A stretch of DNA of 64,000 nucleotides, taken from IMG/VR virus record IMGVR_UViG_3300031707_000001, positions 124,001 to 188,000 of that record; one strand, written 5' to 3'. The position numbers were made by a program, and so were the translations under genes. The notes beneath the pieces were generated by a model. That model was given only the letters and a program-made list of their open reading frames with translations. It was not told the origin of the DNA and did no database searches. Of this stretch, positions 47,727 to 57,289 are shown one piece after another. The stretch's first letter is position 1. Each line of letters opens with the position of its first letter.

Positions 47727-50700
47727 CTTGGAAAAGGCTTATCGGATTTTTGGCAGGTGTAGCGGTTGCTTCTGTGGCTTTTGCCCAGAGTCAAAATAAC
47801 GTGTTGTCACAACTGGGCGTAAAAGGCGTTACCGATCAGATCTATGGTACGAATCCAGCGCTCTATGCCGGCTATTTGGTTAAGACTGGAACGAACGGGC
47901 TATTCAGTACATCGATGATGTCTACGGATATTGTGCCACGGCGTTGGTTTGAGACAGTTTTTCTGGATAGCGTAAATGGGTTGAATGCAACCAATTCCGG
48001 AACTGCGACCTGTCCGTACAAGACCTTCGCCTACGCCGCTGCTCGAACGACAAACGATACCGCTTTCGTATTCGCTCCCGGGACTTATGCGGGGGATACG
48101 ATTACGAACTCGCATGTACACCACGTAGCGTTGATCGGCTTGGATCCTACCAATACAACCATGACTGGTATATTGAACTTCAACGCCAATCTTATGGCCG
48201 GTACCCAGGACATTTCGGTGGATCTGTATGGTATCAACGTTGATACTGTGCGTCAGTATCAATATGGGTTGTTCAATGTTGGTCTCTACAATAGAGCAAA
48301 GGTAACAAGTCAGATTACAAGACTTTCTACCAATCTCAATAGCTCGTTGACACTTTTCATGGATCCTTCAACTTATTTGGCATCACCGATCACTACGAGC
48401 AACGCAACGATAGTTATCAAGGCTTATGTGCCACAAGGAACAGCCGCAGGACAATTGACGTGTTGGGACGGCGCTAATTGGGCAATCGTAGCTGCTGGCA
48501 CAACGAATCAAGTCCTCTATGGGGGTACTGTTCCGTTTTGGGGAAGTGCGTCGATCGTATACACGAATACAGCTATACCTGGAGACTTTACGCCTGCTAT
48601 CAGCAATAGATATAGCATAGGTTCTCAAACTATGCCCTGGAGCAACGGTTGGTTTGCTACAGGTTTGTATGTGGGCGGGTCGAACGTGTTGAACAGCATT
48701 TACGTGGGTAATTACGCATCCAACTGGATTTCGGTATATGGGTCTGCTCTTGCTTCTACGAATTATGTGAATGCGAGTATCTCCAACATAACGCTTGCTA
48801 CAGTTGTGGCCAACGGAAGCAATGCTTTTTCTTCCGTGGTGGTAGATGGAATACGAACTCCAGATGATGCGCCATATGTAGCTCTTGCTGTAGGCGTTAC
48901 CAATCGAACGCTTAATTATCAAGGAACAGAAGTTGTTAACTGGAGTTTAGGCGGCGTTAATAACGGTTGGCTAATGAAACGTCCTCTTCGTAGTGATTCC
49001 GACGGCGCCCCGAGTTTCGATCCAAACGAACGGGCTTTGATGGGGGCCTGGATCGCAAGTAACAATTTAACCGTGTGTGATTCACTATTTGTCAGCAACA
49101 ACATATCTGAGGCAGGCACTAACCTGGTATTGAAATATGCGTCTGTTCTTGAACCATTAGCCGTTGCAGCCAGTAACCACGCCTTTTATGCTTCTGAAGC
49201 CGGGCATTCCACAAATGCGGACAACGCAATGCAACTCAATTCTATCGGTGCGTCGGCATTTGCTCGGAGAGATACTACCAATACTTTCACTCAGCCACAG
49301 ACTATCAGCATTAATAGCGCTGCAACTATAGTATCAGACGCAACTAACTCCAACTCCAGCGGAGGAGCTTTATACCACATTGCCGGGGATACTGGAGAAT
49401 ATCTGCAACTCGGTGTATTTGGTTCGGCGTTTGCACTTCCAGGTGTTCGCCAACAGGGCTTTATCGGCTGTTCCACAAACATAATCATCGGGCTGGATAT
49501 GGATGTAGCATCTGGTGGAACGAGCGTATTTGATGTCTATACGGGAGGCTATCTTGCGGTTACTCCAACGCTTCGTGTTTCCGGAACCAACATCATGGAA
49601 AACGGGGTAGCATTGGGCAACAAATATGCGCCTAAAAATATAGAAACGTTGCAAACTGTGACAACGAGAGGGAACACTTCCGATCAGGATTTGGCTCTGA
49701 GTGGATCCAAAATTATCGTGGGTGGGTTGATAGGAGGTCCGGGAGGACAAACAACTTGGGGATTAGGTGCGTGGGGTGCAGATTTTGGAGTTCTAAATCC
49801 TTACGGAATTCAAAATCTTGATGCCAAAGCAACGTGGAATTTTGGATATTGCAACGGCTTTCCACCTAACATCTACGCCGCTCAAACTAACCAAGGTTAC
49901 GGATCGCTAAATCTAGGCTATATCAATTGTGCTGTATCTTCGGCTGCTCAGCTAATGACTGGTCGTGGTTCCTTGAACGTAGGTAACCTGGCCAACGGTG
50001 AATATCAAAATACAAGCGGCAACGGAGCGTTAAACGTCGGCGCCAACAACACGTTGACACACGACTATTCTGCTGTCTTCGGCAATGGCCAAGTCTCGTA
50101 TGAGACCAATTCAGTATCTGCTCGCAAGTATTACGAAGCTGGAGCCGCCCTGTCCAACAGGTATGCTGGAATTGCTATTGAAGGATGGACCAACAATTGG
50201 AATATAGGAGCAGCAGAAGGCAACTATGCTTCTAATTGGGTCTATACTTGGGGCCCTGCTTTGGCCACTACGAATTATGTGAATGCTAGTATCTCCAACG
50301 TGACTCTTGCTACAGTTGTGGCAGCGGGAAGTAATGCTTCTGCAGTAATCACCGCATATGGCGTGCGAAATGAAAATGAATCTCCTATGCTGGTCCCATC
50401 AGTTTGCGTAAGTAATCGGACGTTAAACGTTGGCGGTGTTCCATATCTAAAATGGGACAGTAGTTGGTTATACTTTCTCCAGCCCATACGAAGCAACGCA
50501 GATGGCGGAGAGAGCATGGAAGCTAACGATCGTGTCTTGTGGGGCAACTGGGTTGCAACAAACGATTTCGCAGTAGCCGGCACGATTACCGAGGGATCAC
50601 AAACACTGAGTCAGAAGTATGACTCCAAAATACGCCCAGTGGAAGTAAAGACTGACAACTACAACGTGCTTACGAATGATGTCGCAAAAACGTTTGTAAT

Positions 50701-50959
50701 GAATACGGCTTCAAAGACCAATTTCCTGCCATCAGTAGATGCTTCTAATGTGGGTATTTGGTATACCTTCGTGAAGCATAATACCGGCACGTTGACGATA
50801 AAGGCGGCAGGTATCACTCAGATAGCCGACAGCGGACAGGGTGATACGATTTATGATTCTCAGGCTGCCGAAGTCTATGCCACAGTAACGCTCCAACTTG
50901 TCACCAGCACGAACTGGGTAATAACAGGTGCCCACGGAACTTGGACAACCACGGACTAA
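47723..50959 (+). CDS. Tail-fibre-like protein with a Sec signal peptide
   Basis: MTWKRLIGFLAGVAVASVAFA-Q; G....PYKT..YA and PGTY motifs; ETLQTVTTRGN; GNYASNW repeats shared with 40780; C-terminal KTDNY.V...D...LP......G..Y domain. Confidence 0.75.
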   Translation: MTWKRLIGFLAGVAVASVAFAQSQNNVLSQLGVKGVTDQIYGTNPALYAGYLVKTGTNGLFSTSMMSTDIVPRRWFETVFLDSVNGLNATNSGTATCPYKTFAYAAARTTNDTAFVFAPGTYAGDTITNSHVHHVALIGLDPTNTTMTGILNFNANLMAGTQDISVDLYGINVDTVRQYQYGLFNVGLYNRAKVTSQITRLSTNLNSSLTLFMDPSTYLASPITTSNATIVIKAYVPQGTAAGQLTCWDGANWAIVAAGTTNQVLYGGTVPFWGSASIVYTNTAIPGDFTPAISNRYSIGSQTMPWSNGWFATGLYVGGSNVLNSIYVGNYASNWISVYGSALASTNYVNASISNITLATVVANGSNAFSSVVVDGIRTPDDAPYVALAVGVTNRTLNYQGTEVVNWSLGGVNNGWLMKRPLRSDSDGAPSFDPNERALMGAWIASNNLTVCDSLFVSNNISEAGTNLVLKYASVLEPLAVAASNHAFYASEAGHSTNADNAMQLNSIGASAFARRDTTNTFTQPQTISINSAATIVSDATNSNSSGGALYHIAGDTGEYLQLGVFGSAFALPGVRQQGFIGCSTNIIIGLDMDVASGGTSVFDVYTGGYLAVTPTLRVSGTNIMENGVALGNKYAPKNIETLQTVTTRGNTSDQDLALSGSKIIVGGLIGGPGGQTTWGLGAWGADFGVLNPYGIQNLDAKATWNFGYCNGFPPNIYAAQTNQGYGSLNLGYINCAVSSAAQLMTGRGSLNVGNLANGEYQNTSGNGALNVGANNTLTHDYSAVFGNGQVSYETNSVSARKYYEAGAALSNRYAGIAIEGWTNNWNIGAAEGNYASNWVYTWGPALATTNYVNASISNVTLATVVAAGSNASAVITAYGVRNENESPMLVPSVCVSNRTLNVGGVPYLKWDSSWLYFLQPIRSNADGGESMEANDRVLWGNWVATNDFAVAGTITEGSQTLSQKYDSKIRPVEVKTDNYNVLTNDVAKTFVMNTASKTNFLPSVDASNVGIWYTFVKHNTGTLTIKAAGITQIADSGQGDTIYDSQAAEVYATVTLQLVTSTNWVITGAHGTWTTTD

Positions 50960-50969
50960 GGAGACTACG

Positions 50970-51860
50970 ATGCCAGACGTATCAGTAAACAGATTTGGAG
51001 CGGCAAAGGGACTCATAATGTCGGACGTTACACAGACCAATGTTAACTTGAGTTCTTTGTTAAGCTGGATTTCTCAGAACAATAATATAGACCTAAGAGA
51101 TTTCAAAGCAGCTACTAATGTAGTTTTAGGGACTTTGCCAAATAAAATACGTGGTATAGATATAAGTGGTCTACCTTCTTTGACTAGCTTATCTATAACT
51201 TCTTCGGATTCTAATTCCCGACCTTACCTTCGGATAAGAGATTGCATTTCGTTATCTTCTTTTGGTAGTGGTAGTGCAGGATATTTTCGTAGCGTGGATG
51301 CTAGTGGTTGTACATCACTTACCACTCTAACGGCAGTTATTAAATGGCAGGCGGGCGATCCTTATCCTATAGCATTTGCTGGATGTAATGCTCTTACTAA
51401 TTTGGACTTTTATGGTGGAGTAGGGGCTTCTGATTTTGGAGCAATTACTATGGACTTCAGTGCTCTTCCTGCTTTGAGATATATTAACTCAAGAACTGCT
51501 ACTGGCCTTGTGGGGTTTATTGCGCCACCTTGTTCTTCCAATGCGTACTTCAGTTTTTACAACTGCACAAGTTTACTTACTGCTGATCTTTCTTTGGCTA
51601 CAGATTTGACCAATGTAAGTTTTCAACAGTGTTCTGCGTTGACTACTATAACAATTTCTCCGAGCATTACAGCAATTACTTTGGATGCTGCGTTGTGTTA
51701 TCTTTCTGAAGCCTGTGTGAATGACCTTGTAGCCAAGGGTGTAGCCTCTGGATTGAGTAGTCAAACTTTGCATATAGGGGGAGGAAATAACCACGCACTA
51801 ACTGGTCAGGGTATTACGGATAAGGCTACTTTGCAGGGAAGAGGTTGGACAGTTAATTGA
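50970..51860 (+). CDS. Leucine-rich-repeat-like protein
   Basis: Repeats ISGLPSLTSL, ASGCTSLTTL, FAGCNALTNL, FYNCTSLLTA, FQQCSALTTI; AAGGAG RBS. Confidence 0.75.
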   Translation: MPDVSVNRFGAAKGLIMSDVTQTNVNLSSLLSWISQNNNIDLRDFKAATNVVLGTLPNKIRGIDISGLPSLTSLSITSSDSNSRPYLRIRDCISLSSFGSGSAGYFRSVDASGCTSLTTLTAVIKWQAGDPYPIAFAGCNALTNLDFYGGVGASDFGAITMDFSALPALRYINSRTATGLVGFIAPPCSSNAYFSFYNCTSLLTADLSLATDLTNVSFQQCSALTTITISPSITAITLDAALCYLSEACVNDLVAKGVASGLSSQTLHIGGGNNHALTGQGITDKATLQGRGWTVN

Positions 51861-51878
51861 CAAGTTAAAGGAAAACGA

Positions 51879-52265
51879 ATGAAAACAAAAATTCTAGTGT
51901 GGGCGTTAATGGCGTGTTTGGCTACTCCGGCAATTGCGTATGATTGGTTGACAACTATGCAGGCACCGGTGGAGAATCGGCTTCTATCTATTGGTATATG
52001 CTCGTACAGCGAAAGTGCGCATCCTTTAGCTGCAGCCGCTTATTTCAACTTTTGTCCTCTTACTTTCTTCGATGATCATCTTCGTATTGGTGTTGGTATG
52101 CTTGGTGGCTACGATGATGGGGACGTGCTGTTCAAACTTCATACTTCCGTGAGTACTAGGATCTTTGATTCATTGGAGGTCGGTGTGTGGTATGCACCGT
52201 TTTGGGGCTTGTCCCGGTATGAAGATCCATACGGCGTAATGGTTGGATACGTATTCAAACTCTAG
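51879..52265 (+). CDS. Small exported protein, possible outer-membrane beta-barrel (subunit)
   Basis: Signal peptide; alternating amphipathic strands; ends in YGVMVGYVFKL, similar to a beta-signal. Confidence 0.6.
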   Translation: MKTKILVWALMACLATPAIAYDWLTTMQAPVENRLLSIGICSYSESAHPLAAAAYFNFCPLTFFDDHLRIGVGMLGGYDDGDVLFKLHTSVSTRIFDSLEVGVWYAPFWGLSRYEDPYGVMVGYVFKL

Positions 52266-52273
52266 GAGACGCT

Positions 52274-53092
52274 ATGAACTATAGACTTGGTTGGATACGA
52301 GACTTTGCAGACATCAGAGATTTTCACGTTAAACACGAAGAGGTGCTGCCGTACAAGTTGGAAGAAGCACCGTTAGAGCCTGAATGTAAAATTGCAATCC
52401 TGCCGCCCATAAAGAACCAGGACCAACTCGGCAGTTGTACGGCGAACGCCGGCACCTACATGTACGAGACGTTTGCTTTGCAACTCCAAGGCGCCGGTAC
52501 CGTTCCGGCTTTGAGTAGGTTGTTCCTGTACAAAGCTACTCGGAGATTGGAGGGGTCGAAAGGAGACACAGGTGCTCAACTTCGAGATACAATGAAGTCG
52601 TTGGTACTATTTGGACTTCCTCCTGAGTCATATTGGCCGTACGACATCTCGAAGTTTGACAACGATCCTACTGCCTTTGAGTACAGTATGGCTCAAAACT
52701 ACCAGGCTCAGACTTACTACCGGTTGGATCCACAGGGCAAAGATGCAGAAAGCGTTATTGCTTCGATCAAGTTGAACTTAGCTGCTAATCGAGCCTGTAT
52801 ATTCGGCTTTACGGTCTATCACAACTGCATGAATAACGGTAACGGAAACGTAAGGCTGCCCGGGCTCTTTGACTTCGTAGATGGCGGCCATGCCATATGT
52901 GCCGTAGGATATGACGATACTCGGGTTATCGAGGGATCTACAGGGGCCTTCATATTTGCCAATTCCTGGGGTACCGTCTGGGGAGATGCAGGTTTCGGTT
53001 ATCTGCCCTACGATTACGTGCGAAAAGGCTTGGCCACCGACTGGTGGACCATGATGAATGGGGAATGGGTCAATTTGGACGTTTTCAAGTAA
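52274..53092 (+). CDS. Papain-like cysteine protease (C1 family)
   Basis: NQDQLGSCTANA (Q, C), GGHAICAVGYDD (H), ANSWG..WG..G.G (N). Confidence 0.93.
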   Translation: MNYRLGWIRDFADIRDFHVKHEEVLPYKLEEAPLEPECKIAILPPIKNQDQLGSCTANAGTYMYETFALQLQGAGTVPALSRLFLYKATRRLEGSKGDTGAQLRDTMKSLVLFGLPPESYWPYDISKFDNDPTAFEYSMAQNYQAQTYYRLDPQGKDAESVIASIKLNLAANRACIFGFTVYHNCMNNGNGNVRLPGLFDFVDGGHAICAVGYDDTRVIEGSTGAFIFANSWGTVWGDAGFGYLPYDYVRKGLATDWWTMMNGEWVNLDVFK

Positions 53093-53393
53093 CAGACCTA
53101 CATAGCCTAATTACCTGTTTCTAGGGCTTAGGAGCCCTTATAGGGGCTTTATTTCCATAGGTGGTGGTAAGATGCCTACCCCTAAATCTGGGGCTAAAAC
53201 CGGTTATAATTAGGTGTAGAAGAACTAGCATTTGCCATATATGGGTCGTTAGCAGAATACGTGCTAATGCATAGGTACGAAAACACTCTGCGGCAGCCAA
53301 CGTTGGAGTGACAAGTACCAAGGTCTTCAGCCACTGGCTGGTGGAGCTGAATACCCGTTTCGACGCTTACCCGGCGTATAATCTCCTATCCTC

Positions 53394-55142
53394 CTAGAGT
53401 TTGATGGAGGCAAGAATATCCCGAGGATCAATGTGGTCTATAGTTGGCGCCTCGCCCGACAGCGCTCTTTCTTTACCCAAGGCGTGGGCCGGTATGACAT
53501 CTACCATTTCGCTATTCATCAGCTTCATGGCTACCATAGAGGCAAAGCATAGTGCGTGGGCAAAGTCGTCTGGCCGGTTGGGGTTACGCATAAAATGCCG
53601 GTAGTCCATACCACCAGATTCTACGGCTTCTTCGTAGGGACTCAGCAGATCGGCGGTGTAGATATCGAACTCTTCTTTAGGTGGGAACTTCACCCGACCG
53701 TACCTGATAGCTAAAAAAAGAAGTTCCAGGGCTGTTGTTTTGTCCACTGTCCAACGAGTATGTCCCAACGTAGGGTTGTATGCCAGAAGGTGGTTCTGCC
53801 GGGTGTACATGATCTGGACAACAGGTAATCCAAAGCGTTGTTCCAGCATGACGTTCTGGGTAAACCCCACACCATAGTCTGCTGCCAAAATGCGGCAGTG
53901 ATAGAAGTGATGTGCCTGGGCGACTTCGCTTAGAACGGTATCGGGGTCAAAGCCCACGAACCGGCGGGCCCAGAGGACATCCAGATTTCCGTCTGCTCGT
54001 ACGCCAATGATCGTATGAACGGTAAATGAGTCTTGTTCGGCAACACCCCAGTCTATACCACCCACAGTGAAAATGTACTCATGCATCCGCTTCTGTAATT
54101 CCTTGATGCTGGGAAGCGTGCTGTTTCGATCGATATCCTCTTGGGTGATAATGCGTGCGCCCAAGGAGCAGGAGATCCCCAGGATTTCCTGCATAACGAT
54201 CGGAAGTGGAAGACGCAGTACTTTTCTAGTCAATGTTGACCACTTGTATGGATCCTCCACAATGGCCGGCACGACTATTTGGGGAATGTGAAATCCTCGA
54301 AACAAGTGATGACGATCCGGATGGGCAGCCACAAATTGTCCGTCCCTAACATTTAACAGTTTACCACATTTGATGCAGTGAACACCGTCACCTTGAATCA
54401 TGTTGAGAACTTTGCCTTCAGTGTTTGGGATATTCCAGAAATTACATGCTGGACACTTCATGACCCACTCACACATGGATGATTCTTCCCACAAGGATTC
54501 GATGGTGTTATCGGTTGTCTTGGCGGTCCCTGTGAATCGACGAACTCCCCAACTGGATGCTGTCAACGATTCCGAGATAATCGGAATGTTGTCAACCAAC
54601 TGGTCCTGGATTTCATCAAAATCGATTCTATCTGCATAGATACCACGAGCTCGATCGCTTGAGGTTTTGGCATATGTAAGTTGTATGCCTGAACCGTTAG
54701 CGAAGCCGTGATTGTGGACGCTCTTGACGATCTTTGAGTCCGAAAGGACGTTTTCCAGTGATTGCCTTTGAAGCCAGTTTGCCATATGACAAGAAGCAAT
54801 GGCTTCGTTCAGATACTGCGTGGAATAACGCTGTGTCTGGGCTTGCAGTGGCGCCACATACAACAGTTGCATATGGGGCACCATAATGAGATCCGCTATC
54901 TCGGAACGAGAAAGGTTCATTGTCTTACCGATTTGCCGCCCACACATGAAAATAGTGTCCGGCACGTATTCGGGACTATACATTTCTCGAAATTGAGGCC
55001 AGCGGTCTAAACTATATGGTTGCCCACGCACTCGAAACAACAGTGGTAACAGGTCGGCCCGGTGTATGGTGGATTCCACCGTACATTCGGGATTCTGTAA
55101 TACCTTTTCGAGGGAATCTAAATTAAGCGTGGGGTTATCCAT
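53394..55142 (-). CDS. terL: Terminase large subunit
   Basis: GRQIGKT Walker A, FDEIQD Walker B, TGT coupling motif, CxxC..CxxC insert as in gpA-like terminases, nuclease GIDWG and PDDFAHA. Confidence 0.88.
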   Translation of the reverse strand: MDNPTLNLDSLEKVLQNPECTVESTIHRADLLPLLFRVRGQPYSLDRWPQFREMYSPEYVPDTIFMCGRQIGKTMNLSRSEIADLIMVPHMQLLYVAPLQAQTQRYSTQYLNEAIASCHMANWLQRQSLENVLSDSKIVKSVHNHGFANGSGIQLTYAKTSSDRARGIYADRIDFDEIQDQLVDNIPIISESLTASSWGVRRFTGTAKTTDNTIESLWEESSMCEWVMKCPACNFWNIPNTEGKVLNMIQGDGVHCIKCGKLLNVRDGQFVAAHPDRHHLFRGFHIPQIVVPAIVEDPYKWSTLTRKVLRLPLPIVMQEILGISCSLGARIITQEDIDRNSTLPSIKELQKRMHEYIFTVGGIDWGVAEQDSFTVHTIIGVRADGNLDVLWARRFVGFDPDTVLSEVAQAHHFYHCRILAADYGVGFTQNVMLEQRFGLPVVQIMYTRQNHLLAYNPTLGHTRWTVDKTTALELLFLAIRYGRVKFPPKEEFDIYTADLLSPYEEAVESGGMDYRHFMRNPNRPDDFAHALCFASMVAMKLMNSEMVDVIPAHALGKERALSGEAPTIDHIDPRDILASIKL

Positions 55143-55170
55143 GGAGACATTAATCCAGAACTGGACCAAT

Positions 55171-55264
55171 TTGCTTGCGGGTTCGGTTCGTTGTATAGTA
55201 TCATACTTTCAGACCTTGGAATCTGCTTTGCATATAGAGTATGCAAAAACAGGGCAGATGTCAA
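55171..55264. promoter_or_regulatory. Face-to-face sigma-70 promoters with an inverted repeat
   Basis: Plus strand TTGCTT-17-TATAGT (55171-55199); minus strand TTGACA-17-TACTCT (55264-55236); palindrome TTTGCATA-tagag-TATGCAAA (55227-55247). Confidence 0.6.
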
Positions 55265-55282
55265 TAAGGTGTTACCAGGAGT

Positions 55283-55480
55283 ATGAACTCAATGATAAGC
55301 AAGTCAGCGACACAATACCTGAGACTACGATATACCCGAGATTTTCTGCGGGTCCTTCCGGACCTTCCCGAGACAGCGATGCCTCGGTACCAGGAGTCAA
55401 TAAGTCTATCGCATCGCAGGGGACAAAAGCGGTTGAGCGTTTGGACGCAATACCGCAAACAACTATTGTGGACGCCATAG
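55283..55480 (+). CDS. Hypothetical protein
   Basis: AGGAG RBS, 65 aa. Confidence 0.5.
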   Translation: MNSMISKSATQYLRLRYTRDFLRVLPDLPETAMPRYQESISLSHRRGQKRLSVWTQYRKQLLWTP

Positions 55481-55609
55481 ATGATTGAGGTAACATTGGC
55501 CGGACTGGCCATCTACACCCTTTACAAGGTGCAGCTTCTGATGGCTAGGGTGGACCACGTCCTGCAGGAGGAGGCCAACAAAAACAATCCTCCTGAAACT
55601 AAACAATAA
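55481..55609 (+). CDS. 42-aa membrane-anchored peptide
   Basis: MIEVTLAGLAIYTLYKVQLLMARVDHVLQEEANKNNPPETKQ; abuts the previous stop; not in the ORF track. Confidence 0.55.
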   Translation: MIEVTLAGLAIYTLYKVQLLMARVDHVLQEEANKNNPPETKQ

Positions 55610-55629
55610 GCAAACAATAAGGGGTACGT

Positions 55630-55824
55630 ATGCTTTTCGGATCAGTACTGGTGATCGGAGCATCGTTTTACTTCTTTCGTTTGATGAAGAACTATGAACG
55701 GCAATGGGAAGACTTGAAAAGGTCGACCGAGCAAAAGATTGCCGAGGCTGTGGAACTGGAGCAGAAGTGGGATGAAGAGAAAAGTCACACCGACGATCCG
55801 GAACCTACGCCAATAGAAGTCTAA
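55630..55824 (+). CDS. Small membrane-anchored protein
   Basis: N-terminal hydrophobic helix with a charged tail; AAGGGG RBS. Confidence 0.65.
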   Translation: MLFGSVLVIGASFYFFRLMKNYERQWEDLKRSTEQKIAEAVELEQKWDEEKSHTDDPEPTPIEV

Positions 55825-55850
55825 CCATCATTCAATCGAAAGGGAAGACG

Positions 55851-56249
55851 ATGAGCAAAGGTGGATGGGCATTCTTAGGAGTCACTGCTCTCATGGCAGC
55901 CATGGACGGAGCGTTACTGGCAACACTTGCTGCGGCAGGTCTTGGCGTGGTGGCGTTTTCCATCTTGTGTCGCCAGGCCCACAAGCCGGGCGAGACATTG
56001 GCAAAGATTGAAGAACAGAAGATCCGTGATCGTGTCCTTGTTTGCAAGAACAAGGAAATGCGCAAACGTATGGACGAGGCAATCAAGCACGACTTGACTG
56101 ACTTGTCGAAAGCCCGGGAGCTTGACAAATACGGAGGACGTGAGGCCGCTAAATGGGCAGGAATAGGCATATTCGCCTGTCCTATCCTGGCAGTGGCATT
56201 GATCGCCCAACTTGTAATTGCCAAGCGTCGGGCAGAATTTGTGAAATAA
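55851..56249 (+). CDS. Membrane protein
   Basis: Two or three hydrophobic segments. Confidence 0.65.
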   Translation: MSKGGWAFLGVTALMAAMDGALLATLAAAGLGVVAFSILCRQAHKPGETLAKIEEQKIRDRVLVCKNKEMRKRMDEAIKHDLTDLSKARELDKYGGREAAKWAGIGIFACPILAVALIAQLVIAKRRAEFVK

Positions 56250-56255
56250 GTGGCA

Positions 56256-56296
56256 AGCCGCCTGTGGGGTTAATTCCCTGCAGGCGGCTACTTTTC
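56256..56296 (+). terminator. Intrinsic terminator
   Basis: AGCCGCCTGTGGGG...TCCCTGCAGGCGGCT, then ACTTTT. Confidence 0.7.
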
Positions 56297-56350
56297 TGCT
56301 GGTAATTCGGTTCGCTCTTAGCTATCATAAACACAATCGAAAGGGATAAT

Positions 56351-57238
56351 ATGCCGAAAAGCGAAATCATAAACAAAGATCCATTCTGTGAAGTGCGCCT
56401 GGAGAATATCACCCACGGTGGGCACAAGACGGACAAATTCCTAATCGCCCTTCAACATCCTGAAGCTCCTGAGACGTTTCTGGAAATTCCGGGCGTTGGA
56501 ACCGTCCACAGCGCCGACTATACGCTTGTGACCAACAAACAAGTTCACGACATGGCCAGCCAGGTCATCGTTGATTCCCACATGACATTTGAACCCGTCC
56601 CAACCTGGGGTGAGGGACATTCCAAGAATCTTTATTGGAACGGTCGTCGTTTCAGCGAGAAGTGGTTCTGCAAGGATACGGCCGTTGCCGTGCCTGGCGG
56701 TTCGTCCATGATGCTGGGAATGGAAGTTACGAACAGTTACGACGGCAGCGCCAAAGTGGGCTTGGCCTTCTTTGCCATGCATGTTGCCTGTTCGAACCAA
56801 TTCTATAGCTGCAACATGATGGGTCAACCCTTCGAGTTTCCACACGTCAACCGTGGTGGTAAACTGGAAGAGGATATTGGTGATGCTATGCTGCAGATTC
56901 AGGAAAAAGCCAGTACCTTTGGCAAGATCGTTCCGAATATCAAGCGTATGCAGGAGACCCACGTTGCGTCGTTCAAAGGTTTCCTGAACTTGCGTAAAGA
57001 GCTTACGACTACGACTGGCGTAGAGATTCGGGACAAACAGTTGCTGGATGAATTGTCCGGAGAAGGCATTACCAGTGAATTGAAAATGCACGATGTACAT
57101 TACAAAGATCCTTCTAGTTATTGGGATATTGCCAACGCTTATACGGCGGTGACAACCCACTTGGTTTGTGGGCCAAGAGGTAGTGATCATTCACAGCGGG
57201 TGGTGGACTTCTTACTAAAGAGGGCCATTGCAGCGTAG
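56351..57238 (+). CDS. DUF932/DUF945-like protein
   Basis: VHSADY.LV.N...V.NSYDGS...ACSN...H motif. Confidence 0.75.
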   Translation: MPKSEIINKDPFCEVRLENITHGGHKTDKFLIALQHPEAPETFLEIPGVGTVHSADYTLVTNKQVHDMASQVIVDSHMTFEPVPTWGEGHSKNLYWNGRRFSEKWFCKDTAVAVPGGSSMMLGMEVTNSYDGSAKVGLAFFAMHVACSNQFYSCNMMGQPFEFPHVNRGGKLEEDIGDAMLQIQEKASTFGKIVPNIKRMQETHVASFKGFLNLRKELTTTTGVEIRDKQLLDELSGEGITSELKMHDVHYKDPSSYWDIANAYTAVTTHLVCGPRGSDHSQRVVDFLLKRAIAA

Positions 57239-57247
57239 TTAAACGTC

Positions 57248-57278
57248 GGGAGTGGGGCTCATTGCCCCACTCCCTTTT
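57248..57278 (+). terminator. Intrinsic terminator
   Basis: GGGAGTGGGGC-tcatt-GCCCCACTCCC-TTTT. Confidence 0.8.
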
Positions 57279-57289
57279 ATGGAGGTCGC

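Noticed and set aside
53093-53393. ORF 53121-53321 or an ncRNA between the protease and terminase
   Set aside because: Only short imperfect hairpins, a non-ATG start and no motif; not enough support.
55066-55488. 140-aa ORF as a small terminase
   Set aside because: It overlaps the terminase start on the opposite strand and spans the promoter region; 55283-55480 has the better RBS.
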